Positions 37,252 to 46,891 of a DNA stretch of 64,000 bases are shown piece after piece. Each line of letters opens with the position of its first letter. Position 1 is the first letter of the stretch. The DNA is from Spirochaetia bacterium (GTDB taxonomy: Bacteria > Spirochaetota > Spirochaetia > CAKZLE01), in assembly GCA_963677595.1 (NCBI GenBank), contig OY782041.1, forward strand, positions 2,944,001 through 3,008,000, read 5' to 3'. The position numbers were made by a program, and so were the translations under genes. Under the pieces are notes generated by a model. It saw only the letters and a list, made by a program, of their open reading frames with translations, was not told where the DNA came from and did not search any database.

Positions 37252-38217
37252 ATGAATACGGCAACAGATGTTACACCTATGCACAGATTCAGGACGGAGG
37301 AGATCCTCGTGGACCCGGGTCCTCCCAGGATGTTCGCATCGATTGACTCAGGTACCTTCCTGGTCACCCTCGGGACCAGTACCCCAAGCCCGAACCCCTA
37401 CCGATTCGGGCCAGCCGGTGCGGTCGTTGCGAACGGGAACCCATACCTCATCGACGCAGGGGAGGGGATCCTGCGGGCGATCGCAAAAGCGGCGACCTCC
37501 CATGGGAAGCTGCTCGTCGACTGCTTCGCCCCGAAGAAGCTCACCCGCCTCTTCCTCACACATCTCCACTCGGACCATGTGGTGGGGCTGCCAAGCATCA
37601 TCCTGAACCCGTGGATCTTCGGGAGGACCGAGCCGATGGAGATCTTCGGTCCGGTCGGGACAAGAAAGCTGGTGGACAGTATCCTCGAAGGCTACGGGGG
37701 TGATATACACGAACGGATCAACGGGGCTGAGCATGCGAATGACACTGGCTGGCGGGTGACGGTCCATGAGATCGACGAGGACGGCATCGTCTATGAGGAC
37801 GGCAACCTTACCGTCGAGGCTTTCTTCCACGAGCATGGAAGCATGCCGAACTACGGCTATGTCTTCAGGACTGAGGAGAAGTCAGTTCTCTGGGCTGGGG
37901 ACGGCAGGGTGAATGAGAAGTTCCTCGAGGCTGCGCGGGGGGTAGACTTCCTGGTCACGGAGGTCTGCTCTGAGGAGCATGTCGGCAAGGCTCCCTGGGG
38001 CGGTGTGTCGGAAGAGGAGAAGGAACGGATCATCTGGGCCTACCACCTGAAGCCGTGGGAACTTGCCCGGCTCGCTGAGCAGGCCGGGATCGGTACGCTG
38101 GTGCTGACCCATGAGTCGAACTACTCCGCCCCCTTTGACATCAATGCCCTGTATGACGAGATGCGGGCTCTCTTCAAGGGGAACCTGGTAGCCTCCAGGG
38201 ACGCCGATGTATTCTAG
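37252..38217 (+). CDS. MBL-fold hydrolase (RNase Z / AtsA arylsulfatase-like)
   Basis: LGTSTP, DAGEG, THLHSDH and LTH motifs; RBS before ATG 37252. Confidence 0.85.
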   Translation: MNTATDVTPMHRFRTEEILVDPGPPRMFASIDSGTFLVTLGTSTPSPNPYRFGPAGAVVANGNPYLIDAGEGILRAIAKAATSHGKLLVDCFAPKKLTRLFLTHLHSDHVVGLPSIILNPWIFGRTEPMEIFGPVGTRKLVDSILEGYGGDIHERINGAEHANDTGWRVTVHEIDEDGIVYEDGNLTVEAFFHEHGSMPNYGYVFRTEEKSVLWAGDGRVNEKFLEAARGVDFLVTEVCSEEHVGKAPWGGVSEEEKERIIWAYHLKPWELARLAEQAGIGTLVLTHESNYSAPFDINALYDEMRALFKGNLVASRDADVF

Positions 38218-38226
38218 GGGTAACGC

Positions 38227-38988
38227 TTGATCGACTATCTCGCCGTTATCCTGTTCACCTTTCTGGTGGGGATCTTCCTCGGCGCCACCGGCATCGGGGG
38301 CTTCCTGATTCCGATCTTCCTGATCGGGGTGCTCGGCTTCGGTGTGGCTGAGACCTACAGCATGAGTTTCCTCGCCTTCACGGCTGCAGGAGCCCTCGGT
38401 GCCTGGTTCTACTGGAAGGCGGATGAACTCTATGTAAGGACAGCTATCCTCTTGAGTATCGGGAGCTTCCCCGGAGCGATCGCCGGTGTGCTGCTCAACC
38501 GTATCATCCCAACATCTGTTGCCACTGGCGTCCTCTACTCGTTCATCATCCTCTCAAGCCTCTATTCCCTGCTGAAGAACCGGGAACCCGGGTCAGCCGC
38601 AGGGGATGGAAGCAGGGGGCAGGTGCTTCCTGCAACACTGCTCATCCCCATCGGGTTCGGTTCTGCGCTCTTCTGCACCTTCGCCGGTGCCGGCGGGCCG
38701 GTGCTGGTCATCCCCATCCTGCTGCTCCTTCACGTCGATGCCCGGAAAGCCATCGGGATCGCCCTCTTCGACTCAGTATTCGTTGGCATCCCGGCATCGA
38801 TCGGCTACGGGCTGAGTTCCGGCTATGTCGTGAGCATGATGGGGGTCGTAGGGGCGGTCGCGGTGCTTATCGGGGTTCGGGTCGGTACGGCCTTCGTGAG
38901 CCGCATCAGGCAGGAGGTGACCAGGGATTTCATACTGGTTCTTGCCTCCGCTGCTTCTGTATTCCTGCTGGTACGGCAGCTGGTATGA
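38227..38988 (+). CDS. TauE/SafE sulfite-exporter family membrane protein
   Basis: Two repeats, GIGGFLIP and GAGGPVLVIP; about 8 TM helices. Confidence 0.85.
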   Translation: MIDYLAVILFTFLVGIFLGATGIGGFLIPIFLIGVLGFGVAETYSMSFLAFTAAGALGAWFYWKADELYVRTAILLSIGSFPGAIAGVLLNRIIPTSVATGVLYSFIILSSLYSLLKNREPGSAAGDGSRGQVLPATLLIPIGFGSALFCTFAGAGGPVLVIPILLLLHVDARKAIGIALFDSVFVGIPASIGYGLSSGYVVSMMGVVGAVAVLIGVRVGTAFVSRIRQEVTRDFILVLASAASVFLLVRQLV

Positions 38989-39075
38989 CCGTCAGGGCAG
39001 TCAGCTGTTGGGGGGCTAAGAGTCGGAATTAGTTGTGTCAGATTCTTCATCTTGAGCTAGATTGCGTTTGGATAC

Positions 39076-39098
39076 ATGTATATGATGATAGTATACAT
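39076..39098. promoter_or_regulatory. Inverted repeat upstream of brnTA (probable autoregulatory operator)
   Basis: ATGTATA-N9-TATACAT. Confidence 0.5.
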
Positions 39099-39110
39099 AA
39101 GGGGTTGCTC

Positions 39111-39422
39111 TTGGCATATACTGAATGTAGCGGGTTTGACTGGGATGATGATAATCTCTACAAGAAAATAGCAAAACATGCTGAATATGGAGCCGATATC
39201 GAACAGGTATTCTTCAATACCCCGGTACTTGCCAGGAAGGATACAGAGCATTCAGCCCGGAAGCAGCGATTCTATGTACTGGGACATACCGATTCTTATC
39301 GGTTGCTTTTCGCGGCTTGTACGATCAGAGGGAATCTGATACGGGTGATCTCTGCGAGGGATATGACATCCAGGGAGATGAGAGTCTATGAAGAATTCAT
39401 TAAAAGAGATCCCAGTTTTTGA
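39111..39422 (+). CDS. brnT: BrnT-family toxin
   Basis: GFDWDDDN..K...KH, EQVFFN and IRVISARDM motifs; start uncertain (TTG). Confidence 0.85.
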   Translation: MAYTECSGFDWDDDNLYKKIAKHAEYGADIEQVFFNTPVLARKDTEHSARKQRFYVLGHTDSYRLLFAACTIRGNLIRVISARDMTSREMRVYEEFIKRDPSF

Positions 39423-39675
39423 TTCTGAGAAAGAAGAACGTGAATTCTGGGAGCAGCATGATTCGACTGAGTGTATAGACTGGGAAGCGGGGAGTGAGGC
39501 AAAGTTCCCGAACTTGAAGCCGTCGACAAGATCAATATCTATCAGGCTTCCCCAAAGCCTGATAGATGACTTGAAGATCCTGGCAAACAAACGGGATGTC
39601 CCGTACCAGTCATTGCTGAAGATATACCTTTCTGAACGGGTAGCCAGTGAGTTCGGGAAGAAGGATCTCTCCTAA
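39388..39675 (+). CDS. BrnA/CopG-like antitoxin
   Basis: IPVFDSEKEEREFW..HDS and ISIRL...VPYQSLLK (ribbon-helix-helix) motifs. Confidence 0.88.
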   Translation: MKNSLKEIPVFDSEKEEREFWEQHDSTECIDWEAGSEAKFPNLKPSTRSISIRLPQSLIDDLKILANKRDVPYQSLLKIYLSERVASEFGKKDLS

Positions 39676-39704
39676 AGCCGATTGGACGTGTCTTTCTGGT
39701 GTGA

Positions 39705-41054
39705 TCAGTCGATAACCTGGTACCGGGTTGCCGGCCCTTTCCCAAACTTCTTCACGGTTCCTTCCTTCTGCAGCCTCTGCAGTGCGTTCTTGGCCGTTGC
39801 CTGTGACCTCCCAAGGTATTGTGCTGCCTCGCTGGAGGTGAAGGAATCCCTTGAGGTGAAATGGTACCGTATCCTCTGCTCATAGGTAGAAGCAGCATCG
39901 TATGGTTCATGCTGATATGCTTCGCGTTGTTCCCTATAGAGGATGACTTTCACGTGGTTCTCGAGTTCCACGAATTCCGGCTCCCTCAGCCCTGCCTCGA
40001 GGCAGCTAGAGATGATCAGGGAGATACCGATGCCCTGCTTCTCCATATACCCGGTCTTCCTCAGGGCATCGGCTATGAGGGGGTTCCGGTAGCGGGACAG
40101 GCCTTCTTTCAGGTTTTCCTGGTTGATTGGCGCATAGAAGGTTCCCGGGTTCAGGAATTCGATCCGGTCCGGGAAGATCGATATCCTCACCGGGGCCTCA
40201 TAGTCATACGCACGATGGGCTGCGGCATTGACGAGGACCTCGCGTATCGCTTCGAGGGGGATCTCGAACTCGACCGGCTTCCTGACCATCCCTGAGAGTT
40301 CATACCGGGAACCGAGGATATCGGACAGGTACGCGTAGGCTGACTCAAGCATGACCTTGATCCCGCCAGTGATCATATCTGTCCTGATCAGGTCCTGTCG
40401 GTCACGACTGGAGAACCTGGCAATGGAGATCCCTGATTCGGCTATGATCTCCTGGTGGGCGGGATAGAAGAGGAGTATCCCGGCTGCGTTGGGGATGGTC
40501 CTGCCGGATACATCCGTGACACCATATCCCGACCCTACGAAGAGTGATTCGCTGCATGAGGTGAAGATCCAATCCAAGAGATCCTGAGAGAGGTCTGAGT
40601 AGGAGATCTGCGGACAGACGGTCTGCTCATACCGCAACCCGGTTCTTTGTCGGGAGAACTCCTCGACTGCATACGTGTCGGCCTTGCGGTTATGCGAACC
40701 GAAACGCAGGTATATACCGCCGGGGTACCCGTGACGCTTGATGAAGTAGGGTTTCTGCGGGCCGGGGAATACCCGTATGGTCAGGCAGACCTCCCCGCCA
40801 ATGGCCTGTTCGAACATGTCGACGGAGGTCTGCGGGGAGATCGCATCTGCGACTGCCTGCGGGATCTCCTCGTGGTAGGTGGAGATCTCCTCTCGCGATA
40901 ATCCGATGATCTCCCGGTCACTGTCCCTGATACCGATGATGATCGTCCCGCCCTGGGTGTTCGAGAACGCCGTGATCGTCTCTATCAGCCGGGAGTAATC
41001 TGACAGTCTCTCCTTGAACTCGAGAATCTTCGACTCGATACGATCATACTTCAT
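39705..41054 (-). CDS. AlbA_2 (Schlafen-like) + HATPase_c_4 + wHTH protein
   Basis: LEFKE, AFSNTQGG.IIIG, REVLVNAAAHRAY, RNPLIA and G.GPATRY motifs. Confidence 0.88.
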   Translation of the reverse strand: MKYDRIESKILEFKERLSDYSRLIETITAFSNTQGGTIIIGIRDSDREIIGLSREEISTYHEEIPQAVADAISPQTSVDMFEQAIGGEVCLTIRVFPGPQKPYFIKRHGYPGGIYLRFGSHNRKADTYAVEEFSRQRTGLRYEQTVCPQISYSDLSQDLLDWIFTSCSESLFVGSGYGVTDVSGRTIPNAAGILLFYPAHQEIIAESGISIARFSSRDRQDLIRTDMITGGIKVMLESAYAYLSDILGSRYELSGMVRKPVEFEIPLEAIREVLVNAAAHRAYDYEAPVRISIFPDRIEFLNPGTFYAPINQENLKEGLSRYRNPLIADALRKTGYMEKQGIGISLIISSCLEAGLREPEFVELENHVKVILYREQREAYQHEPYDAASTYEQRIRYHFTSRDSFTSSEAAQYLGRSQATAKNALQRLQKEGTVKKFGKGPATRYQVID

Positions 41055-41071
41055 CGGCTAACCCTCCCGTT

Positions 41072-41107
41072 TATTATCGGATAGTATCTGATATTATCGG
41101 ATAATAT
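41072..41107. promoter_or_regulatory. Tandem palindromic operator upstream of the AlbA_2 gene
   Basis: TATTATCGGATA at 41072 and 41092; the second extends to the perfect palindrome ATATTATC-G-GATAATAT. Confidence 0.6.
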
Positions 41108-41160
41108 TTATACTATACGATAAAGTACGGAAAGGCAAGAGATATTACACAACGTTGATG

Positions 41161-41182
41161 ACCAGCAGTTACACCTGCTGGT
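41161..41182 (-). terminator. Hairpin downstream of the Rpn gene
   Basis: ACCAGCAG-TTACAC-CTGCTGGT. Confidence 0.45.
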
Positions 41183-41229
41183 TATCCTCCTTGTCAAAAT
41201 CATGTTCAAATCATTGCATAAATGAGGTA

Positions 41230-42192
41230 TCAATCAGCTAGGTTATCCTGGAGTTCCTGGATGGCATTCATGCTCAAACCCGTGATGTCAGCGATATCAG
41301 GGAGAGACATACCTTTAGCCAGCATACGCTTTGCGATCGCTTCCTTCTCTTCTTCCTTGCCTTTTTTCTCACCAATCTCAATACCTTTAGCCAGGTATGC
41401 AGTAGCAGTGTCCTCTACGAGTGCCGCCTCACGGGCAGCTTCATCGAGTTCCGCCATACTCTTCCGGACATATGCATACCGGAGCTCTTCATCCGCACTT
41501 ACATGTACCATCTGCTTCATCGCCTCCTCGAAGATCCTGTTCTGATGGGAGAGCTCTTCCAGCCCTTCCAAGTCTTCAGCCCTGAAGAACCTCGTCCACT
41601 GATCCCTCAGGCTTTCGGGATCATCATGGTCCATACGCTTAAGTTCCACGAAGACCATCTCCATGAGGTCCGTGAACTCTTCTTTCGTCTCCCGGTCATG
41701 GAAGGTTATGTGCCGTATATAGGACCTGGTCGTATCCGGCTTCTCTTCGTAGTTCTCTCCGTTCTTCTCTTCTTCCGTCTCTATCAGATTATAGCACAGA
41801 AAGTTGAGAGTTATAGACTTGCCGAAATCGGCAGGCCGCTTTCGGCAGTCTCCCCTCTTGATCTGGCTTGAGTAGAGGCGGGCAAGGTAATGCAGGCTGC
41901 GGGGAATGATGTCAAACTCATTGCGGACCTGGATCTCGACATCGATGTGTTCGTTGCCTGCGGTCTTGACCCGCAGGTCAAGGCGGAAGAGCTTGTCATC
42001 GGGGTAATCCCGTTCCTTTTCCGTGGTCATGATGGTGATGTCCTCCGGGCTCTTCGGGGAGATGTCGAGGTAGGCGGTGAGCAGGAAGAGCAGCAGGTCC
42101 TTGTTCTCTTCTTTGGTGAAGATCGCCTTGAAGACGATGTCACTGGTTAGCGGCAGTAAGGTGCTGTTCCCGTACTTTATCTCTTTGAACAT
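41230..42192 (-). CDS. Rpn-family (PD-(D/E)XK) recombination-promoting nuclease/putative transposase
   Basis: SDIVFKAIF, RLDL, DVEIQ and RSLHYLARLY motifs; typical tail KGIEIG...IADITGLS. Confidence 0.9.
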   Translation of the reverse strand: MFKEIKYGNSTLLPLTSDIVFKAIFTKEENKDLLLFLLTAYLDISPKSPEDITIMTTEKERDYPDDKLFRLDLRVKTAGNEHIDVEIQVRNEFDIIPRSLHYLARLYSSQIKRGDCRKRPADFGKSITLNFLCYNLIETEEEKNGENYEEKPDTTRSYIRHITFHDRETKEEFTDLMEMVFVELKRMDHDDPESLRDQWTRFFRAEDLEGLEELSHQNRIFEEAMKQMVHVSADEELRYAYVRKSMAELDEAAREAALVEDTATAYLAKGIEIGEKKGKEEEKEAIAKRMLAKGMSLPDIADITGLSMNAIQELQDNLAD

Positions 42193-42446
42193 GCGGGTTC
42201 CTCCTGTGTTCGTATATCTACTACAAACAGGATTCAGGTCGATTTGATTTAAAAACATGCTGCGATCGACGAAGAACCTGACACTCTTGCTGCGGCTGGT
42301 CGATTCCGGTACTTTTCTGGTTTGGGTCATACAATGCAGGATTCTCAGCATCTATGCCTTCCAGACCCTGCAGAAGAGGTGTATGATATCTATGAAGAGG
42401 TGTTCGCAAAGCCTTGCCTATCGGCAAGCATCAGGAGGAGGATGAG

Positions 42447-43598
42447 ATGAGTGACCGGATCATACAGCTCTATATCTTGCTTGGGGAGGTGGAACCTGCC
42501 GTGTGGCGGAGGATCCAGGTGCCTGCTGACCACTGCTTCGCGGAGCTCCACCTGGATCTCCAGGATGCCATGGGGTGGGGCGGCTACCACGGCTACTCTT
42601 TCTTCGATGCTAAGGGCAGCATGATCAGGACCAATCGACCTGAGCCGATCTCCCTGACCCTGACTGAGGGGATGATTTTCCAGTACCTCTATGACTATGA
42701 CTCGAAGTGGATGCATCTCGTCACGGTCGAGAAGATCCTCGATGCGCAGGAGGGTGTGTTCTACCCCATAGCGCTGGACGGGGAACAGGCCTGCCCGCTC
42801 GAGGATATGGGAGGGGCTGAATTCTACCAGGATCTCGCAGACCGCATCAGGGCGGCGAAAGATATCGAGGACGAGGAGCGGGCGAGGGAACTCTTCGACG
42901 ACGATGACTGGATGTACCTCGCCTTCGACCCGGACGAGTTCGTGCTGGAGTACACCCATTTCACCCTTGCACCCATCAGTCCCGAGGAGAAACACCTCGA
43001 GGACTACATCGTCAGTGCGGTCAATCTCTACGGGATGATCAGCACAGAGAAGCTCATAGAGATCTACAACAGCCACCATCCAGCTGCCCCGCTGGATCCC
43101 ATCGATCCCGGCACCTGCATGGCAGGGGATCTGAAGATCAACCTGAACAGGCTCGAGGACCGGTATGTGGAGTTCGATGAGGGGTATTTCGAGCATGAGA
43201 GCCTCATCTATGATGAGGAGCAGGAGGCACTCGTATCTTCGCAGCGTACCAAGCCCTGGTATATACCGGAACAGGAGGAGTTCTTGAAGCACCTCGATGA
43301 CAAGCACATCATGGAGTGTCCTGCCTTTGACCGGCTCAAGGAGTACCTCTCCCTGCAGCCGCTGCCGATGAACATAAATGCGGACGATATCGCCGAAGGG
43401 ATCGCGCTCGGCTGCAATGAGGTTACCAACCCGCAAGGGGGCCAAGACAGCCTGGGGCGCTGCAATATCGGGTTCACGAAGGCGGGGATGGAGATCGCGG
43501 TGCATCTCGTGGATGACCTGAAGAACAGCATGCGGCTCTGGGTCAATAACGGGTACAGCCAGTCGGAGCTCTCCGGGATGACTTCAGGCCGGGAATGA
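42447..43598 (+). CDS. pRiA4b ORF-3 family domain protein
   Basis: VWRRIQVP, LH..LQDAMGW, YLYDY and ACPLEDMGG motifs, followed by an unrelated C-terminal domain. Confidence 0.8.
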   Translation: MSDRIIQLYILLGEVEPAVWRRIQVPADHCFAELHLDLQDAMGWGGYHGYSFFDAKGSMIRTNRPEPISLTLTEGMIFQYLYDYDSKWMHLVTVEKILDAQEGVFYPIALDGEQACPLEDMGGAEFYQDLADRIRAAKDIEDEERARELFDDDDWMYLAFDPDEFVLEYTHFTLAPISPEEKHLEDYIVSAVNLYGMISTEKLIEIYNSHHPAAPLDPIDPGTCMAGDLKINLNRLEDRYVEFDEGYFEHESLIYDEEQEALVSSQRTKPWYIPEQEEFLKHLDDKHIMECPAFDRLKEYLSLQPLPMNINADDIAEGIALGCNEVTNPQGGQDSLGRCNIGFTKAGMEIAVHLVDDLKNSMRLWVNNGYSQSELSGMTSGRE

Positions 43599-43674
43599 AC
43601 GGCAGCGCTTGACTGCCGGAAATCCGGCAGGGATCATGGTATCTTCGTACCAATATGCTATCTGGGGGGGCGAG

Positions 43675-44850
43675 ATGAGGGTCGCGATCACGAAATCAAG
43701 CATACACCGGAACCGGCTCCTGCTGCTGGTGATCTTCGTCTCCGTCCTGGTTCTCGTCGCCATCCCTGCGGGGGTGCTCTCCTACTACCACAGGCAGTTC
43801 GTCATAGAGGTATTCCAGCGGAACGCCCTGAACATCTCGCAGACCGTCGCTGACGTGATCGAGCAGGAGATAGAGCCCTACCGGGATCTCGTCGAGATCG
43901 AGGACTACGAGGAGACCTGGTACAGTCACTCCTACTACTGGAAGATGAACACCCTGCTGAGGAACATCACCCGCGAGACGCAGGCCGATTATATCTACAC
44001 CCTGAAGCAAGTCGGGGAGGCTGAGGCTGCCTATATCCTCGACGGTACCAACCCCAATTCCGACGACTTCTTCCCCATCGGCATGGGCGGGGAGATCGAG
44101 GATACCGCAGCCCTGGCGATCAGGACCGTGGAGCCGAAGGTCTCGGGACTGAGCCAGTATGAGGACTGGGGGAAGTACCTCACCGCCTACACGCCGATCG
44201 TGGACGAGACGGACGGCAGGGTGCTGGGACTTGTCTGCGTCGACTTCTCGGAGGAGACCCTCCAGACCTGGCAGCAGGGGCTGTGGACCGTCCTGGGAGT
44301 GAGCTTCTTCATCCTGGTCATCGTCATGACCCTCATCATCTACCTGCTGGTGAACTACCTCTACCAGTACAGCAACATGGACCACCTCACCGGTCTCTAC
44401 ACGAGGAAGCACCTGCTGGTGCGCATGCGGCACCTGATCAGGAGATACCAGAGGACCGGTGAGCAGTTCTGCTTCATGATGATGGACATCGATTGGTTCA
44501 AGCAGATCAATGATACCTACGGTCACGGGGTCGGGGACATGTTCATCGTCGCCGTGGCTGACAAGCTCAAGAGCTTCTGCTCACCTGATGATATATGCAC
44601 CCGCTACGGCGGGGACGAGTTCTGCGTCCTCCATCCGGGGTCCTCTGTCCAGGAGTGCCGTATCCTTGCGGAACGGCTGCTGGGAGAGGTCAGGGAACTG
44701 CGGACCATGGATGGGAAACCGGTCTCTATCAGCATCGGGGTCTGTGTATGGGAAGCGGGGAAGTCGATGAACATGGTGATCGACGAGGCTGACAAAGCCC
44801 TCTACCAGGCAAAGGAGCAGGGAAAGGGCAGGGTCTGCTTCACGGCATAG
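43675..44850 (+). CDS. Membrane-bound diguanylate cyclase with Cache-like sensor
   Basis: Two TM helices; DHLTGL, DIDWFKQINDTYGH and intact RYGGDEF; no RxxD I-site. Confidence 0.93.
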   Translation: MRVAITKSSIHRNRLLLLVIFVSVLVLVAIPAGVLSYYHRQFVIEVFQRNALNISQTVADVIEQEIEPYRDLVEIEDYEETWYSHSYYWKMNTLLRNITRETQADYIYTLKQVGEAEAAYILDGTNPNSDDFFPIGMGGEIEDTAALAIRTVEPKVSGLSQYEDWGKYLTAYTPIVDETDGRVLGLVCVDFSEETLQTWQQGLWTVLGVSFFILVIVMTLIIYLLVNYLYQYSNMDHLTGLYTRKHLLVRMRHLIRRYQRTGEQFCFMMMDIDWFKQINDTYGHGVGDMFIVAVADKLKSFCSPDDICTRYGGDEFCVLHPGSSVQECRILAERLLGEVRELRTMDGKPVSISIGVCVWEAGKSMNMVIDEADKALYQAKEQGKGRVCFTA

Positions 44851-44852
44851 AT

Positions 44853-45617
44853 TCACTCATACAGGCTCTTTGGATCAGCAGCCGCTATCGCCGCTATGTA
44901 GCCGGCTAGTTCTCTCGCCGCATCCTGGAAGAATCGTTCACCCTTCTCGGCTGTTGATGCAGCCGGATTCCCAACACCTGTGTCTCTGGTAGCTGACCTC
45001 CAGTGCCTCGGTGCCCAGACGGAACGGTCTGCGAGCCCGTTCGGTGCGAAGGGGATACTCATCCCCTCTCCAGCCGACGAGAGCGGCAGGACGAACTCCG
45101 GATGGAGGTGCATCATACAGCTGGTCTCGAGTTCACCTGCATGGTCCCCCGGTTCTGAGAAATAGTCTTCAGCCTGGGGGATCGTCCACCAGTTGGCAAG
45201 GCAGCAGAAGACTTCAGGTATCTTCTGCTGCAGCTCACGGAGCTGCGGCTTGAAGTCGTTGCCCCCGTGACCGTTGATGACCATGAGCCTCGGGATGCCG
45301 AGGTCCCGGAGATTGCTCACGATCGACTCAAGGAGCAGGTACTGCACAGAGGGAGGGATGGACATGCAGAGGTTGAGGTCCCGCTGCCCGGTGTTGACCC
45401 CGTAGGGGACAGCCGGCAGGATCGCGATGGTAAGGTCCTCCTCATCAGGGATGAGGGATACTGCCGTGATCGCGACATCCCTGCTGCAGTAGGTGTCGGT
45501 CCCGTAGGGGAGGTGGAGGTTATGGGGTTCAGTGGCTCCCCAGGGGAGCAGGGCCATGTCGACAGACAGGTCCCGTACCTCTGCCCAGTGGGCTTCCTCC
45601 ACGATGATCCTTCTCAT
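44853..45617 (-). CDS. Creatininase-family amidohydrolase
   Basis: GATEPHNLHLPYGTD, NGHGGN and HAGELETS motifs. Confidence 0.93.
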   Translation of the reverse strand: MRRIIVEEAHWAEVRDLSVDMALLPWGATEPHNLHLPYGTDTYCSRDVAITAVSLIPDEEDLTIAILPAVPYGVNTGQRDLNLCMSIPPSVQYLLLESIVSNLRDLGIPRLMVINGHGGNDFKPQLRELQQKIPEVFCCLANWWTIPQAEDYFSEPGDHAGELETSCMMHLHPEFVLPLSSAGEGMSIPFAPNGLADRSVWAPRHWRSATRDTGVGNPAASTAEKGERFFQDAARELAGYIAAIAAADPKSLYE

Positions 45618-46669
45618 AGCGTGCCTCCCTGCAGTCTCGCCTTCAGGATGAGGTGGGTGACCGGAAGCGGTTTCTCCCTGATGATCCTCATCAGCAGTTT
45701 CCCTGACTCCCTGCCGAGGTCGTAGACCGGGTGGATGATCGTGAGATCGCTGTCGCTGTCATGCCCGTTCACGGCGATGGACCCGACGACGACCTCCTTC
45801 CCAAGCTGCCTCGCGATATCCTTCCCCAGTCTCGTGTAAAGAGAGTTCATGCCGATGACGGCGGTGAAGTCACCCAGAGTGTCCGTCCCTGCAGGAAGCG
45901 TGCGGCCCAGTTCATACCGGTATTCGTCGCAGAGGATTGTCATGACGCCTGCGGGGTCGAGGCCTGCCTCATCGAAAGCATCGAAGACTCCCGCGATGCG
46001 GTCCTCCACGCTGGTCGCCTCGAACCCGCAGGGGATCAGGATCCTGCTGTGCCCCATGGCTATGAGCCTCCTGGTGAGTTCCCTGAAGCACTCACGGTTG
46101 TTGATGACCACATGGTCATGCAGTTGGTCCCTGATGAACCGGTCAACCAGGACGAAGGGGACATCATGCTCCTCGAGGAAGGAGAGGATCTTTCGGTTCG
46201 TCCGGTCATACTCGGTACCGAGCAGGGGAGAGAGGATGAACCCCTGCACCTGGTGTTCGGTGACGAGGGCTTTGATCTTCGGGAAGAGCAGCTCGTTCTC
46301 GCGGTAGGTGTTGCAGTAGATGGTATGCAGTCCCTCCTCCCAGAGGGCATTATGGATACCCTGCATGAGGCTCGTGGCGAACTCAGGGGTATGGTTGTCG
46401 ACTGCAACTCCGATCAGCCCTTCGGAATGGGCTTCAGAGCCCTTCCCGGCTGTCTGGTCGACAACGAAGGCTCCCTGCCGTCCCTCCCGGTATTCGAGGT
46501 ATCCCCCGGCCAGGAGGTCGGAGATAGCCCGCCGGACGGTGAGACGGCTCACCCCGTACTGTTCGGCAAGCTGCCGTTCAGAATAGATCTTGTCACCGAT
46601 GCCCCAGAAACCATCCCTGATCAGGCGGAGTATGGTCTCATACATCTTTTGGTATTTGAGTTCTTTCAA
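45614..46669 (-). CDS. GntR-HTH + LacI-type sensor regulator (AraR-like architecture)
   Basis: SERQLAEQYGVSRLTVRRA HTH followed by a periplasmic-binding-fold domain. Confidence 0.9.
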   Translation of the reverse strand: MKELKYQKMYETILRLIRDGFWGIGDKIYSERQLAEQYGVSRLTVRRAISDLLAGGYLEYREGRQGAFVVDQTAGKGSEAHSEGLIGVAVDNHTPEFATSLMQGIHNALWEEGLHTIYCNTYRENELLFPKIKALVTEHQVQGFILSPLLGTEYDRTNRKILSFLEEHDVPFVLVDRFIRDQLHDHVVINNRECFRELTRRLIAMGHSRILIPCGFEATSVEDRIAGVFDAFDEAGLDPAGVMTILCDEYRYELGRTLPAGTDTLGDFTAVIGMNSLYTRLGKDIARQLGKEVVVGSIAVNGHDSDSDLTIIHPVYDLGRESGKLLMRIIREKPLPVTHLILKARLQGGTL

Positions 46670-46742
46670 TTTTTCATTCCCTTCTGAACACTGATGAGTT
46701 CAGTTATACCATGAAATAGACAGGAAAACAATAAGCGTTACA

Positions 46743-46891
46743 TAATGGTAGTACCATTACCTGAGAAACTGTGGGTAAATCTGTCTTGTCGGAGGGAGTG
46801 GTTCATCGATGAATAAAAAAAGTGATTTTTCCGCTTGACACAGCAGGTGAAATGGTATGTAATATGGACATACCAAATGTATGTTTGGTAT
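46743..46891. promoter_or_regulatory. Operator/promoter region with TGGTA/TACCA palindromes
   Basis: TAATGGTA-G-TACCATTA at 46743-46759; TTGACA at 46835; ATACCAAA-N6-TTTGGTAT at 46870-46891. Confidence 0.6.

Noticed and set aside
37252-38217. Metallo-beta-lactamase resistance gene
   Set aside because: The motifs are RNase Z/AtsA-type, there is no signal peptide, and the context is catabolic.
39705-41054. RecG helicase
   Set aside because: No SF2 helicase motifs; the architecture is AlbA_2/HATPase_c_4/wHTH.
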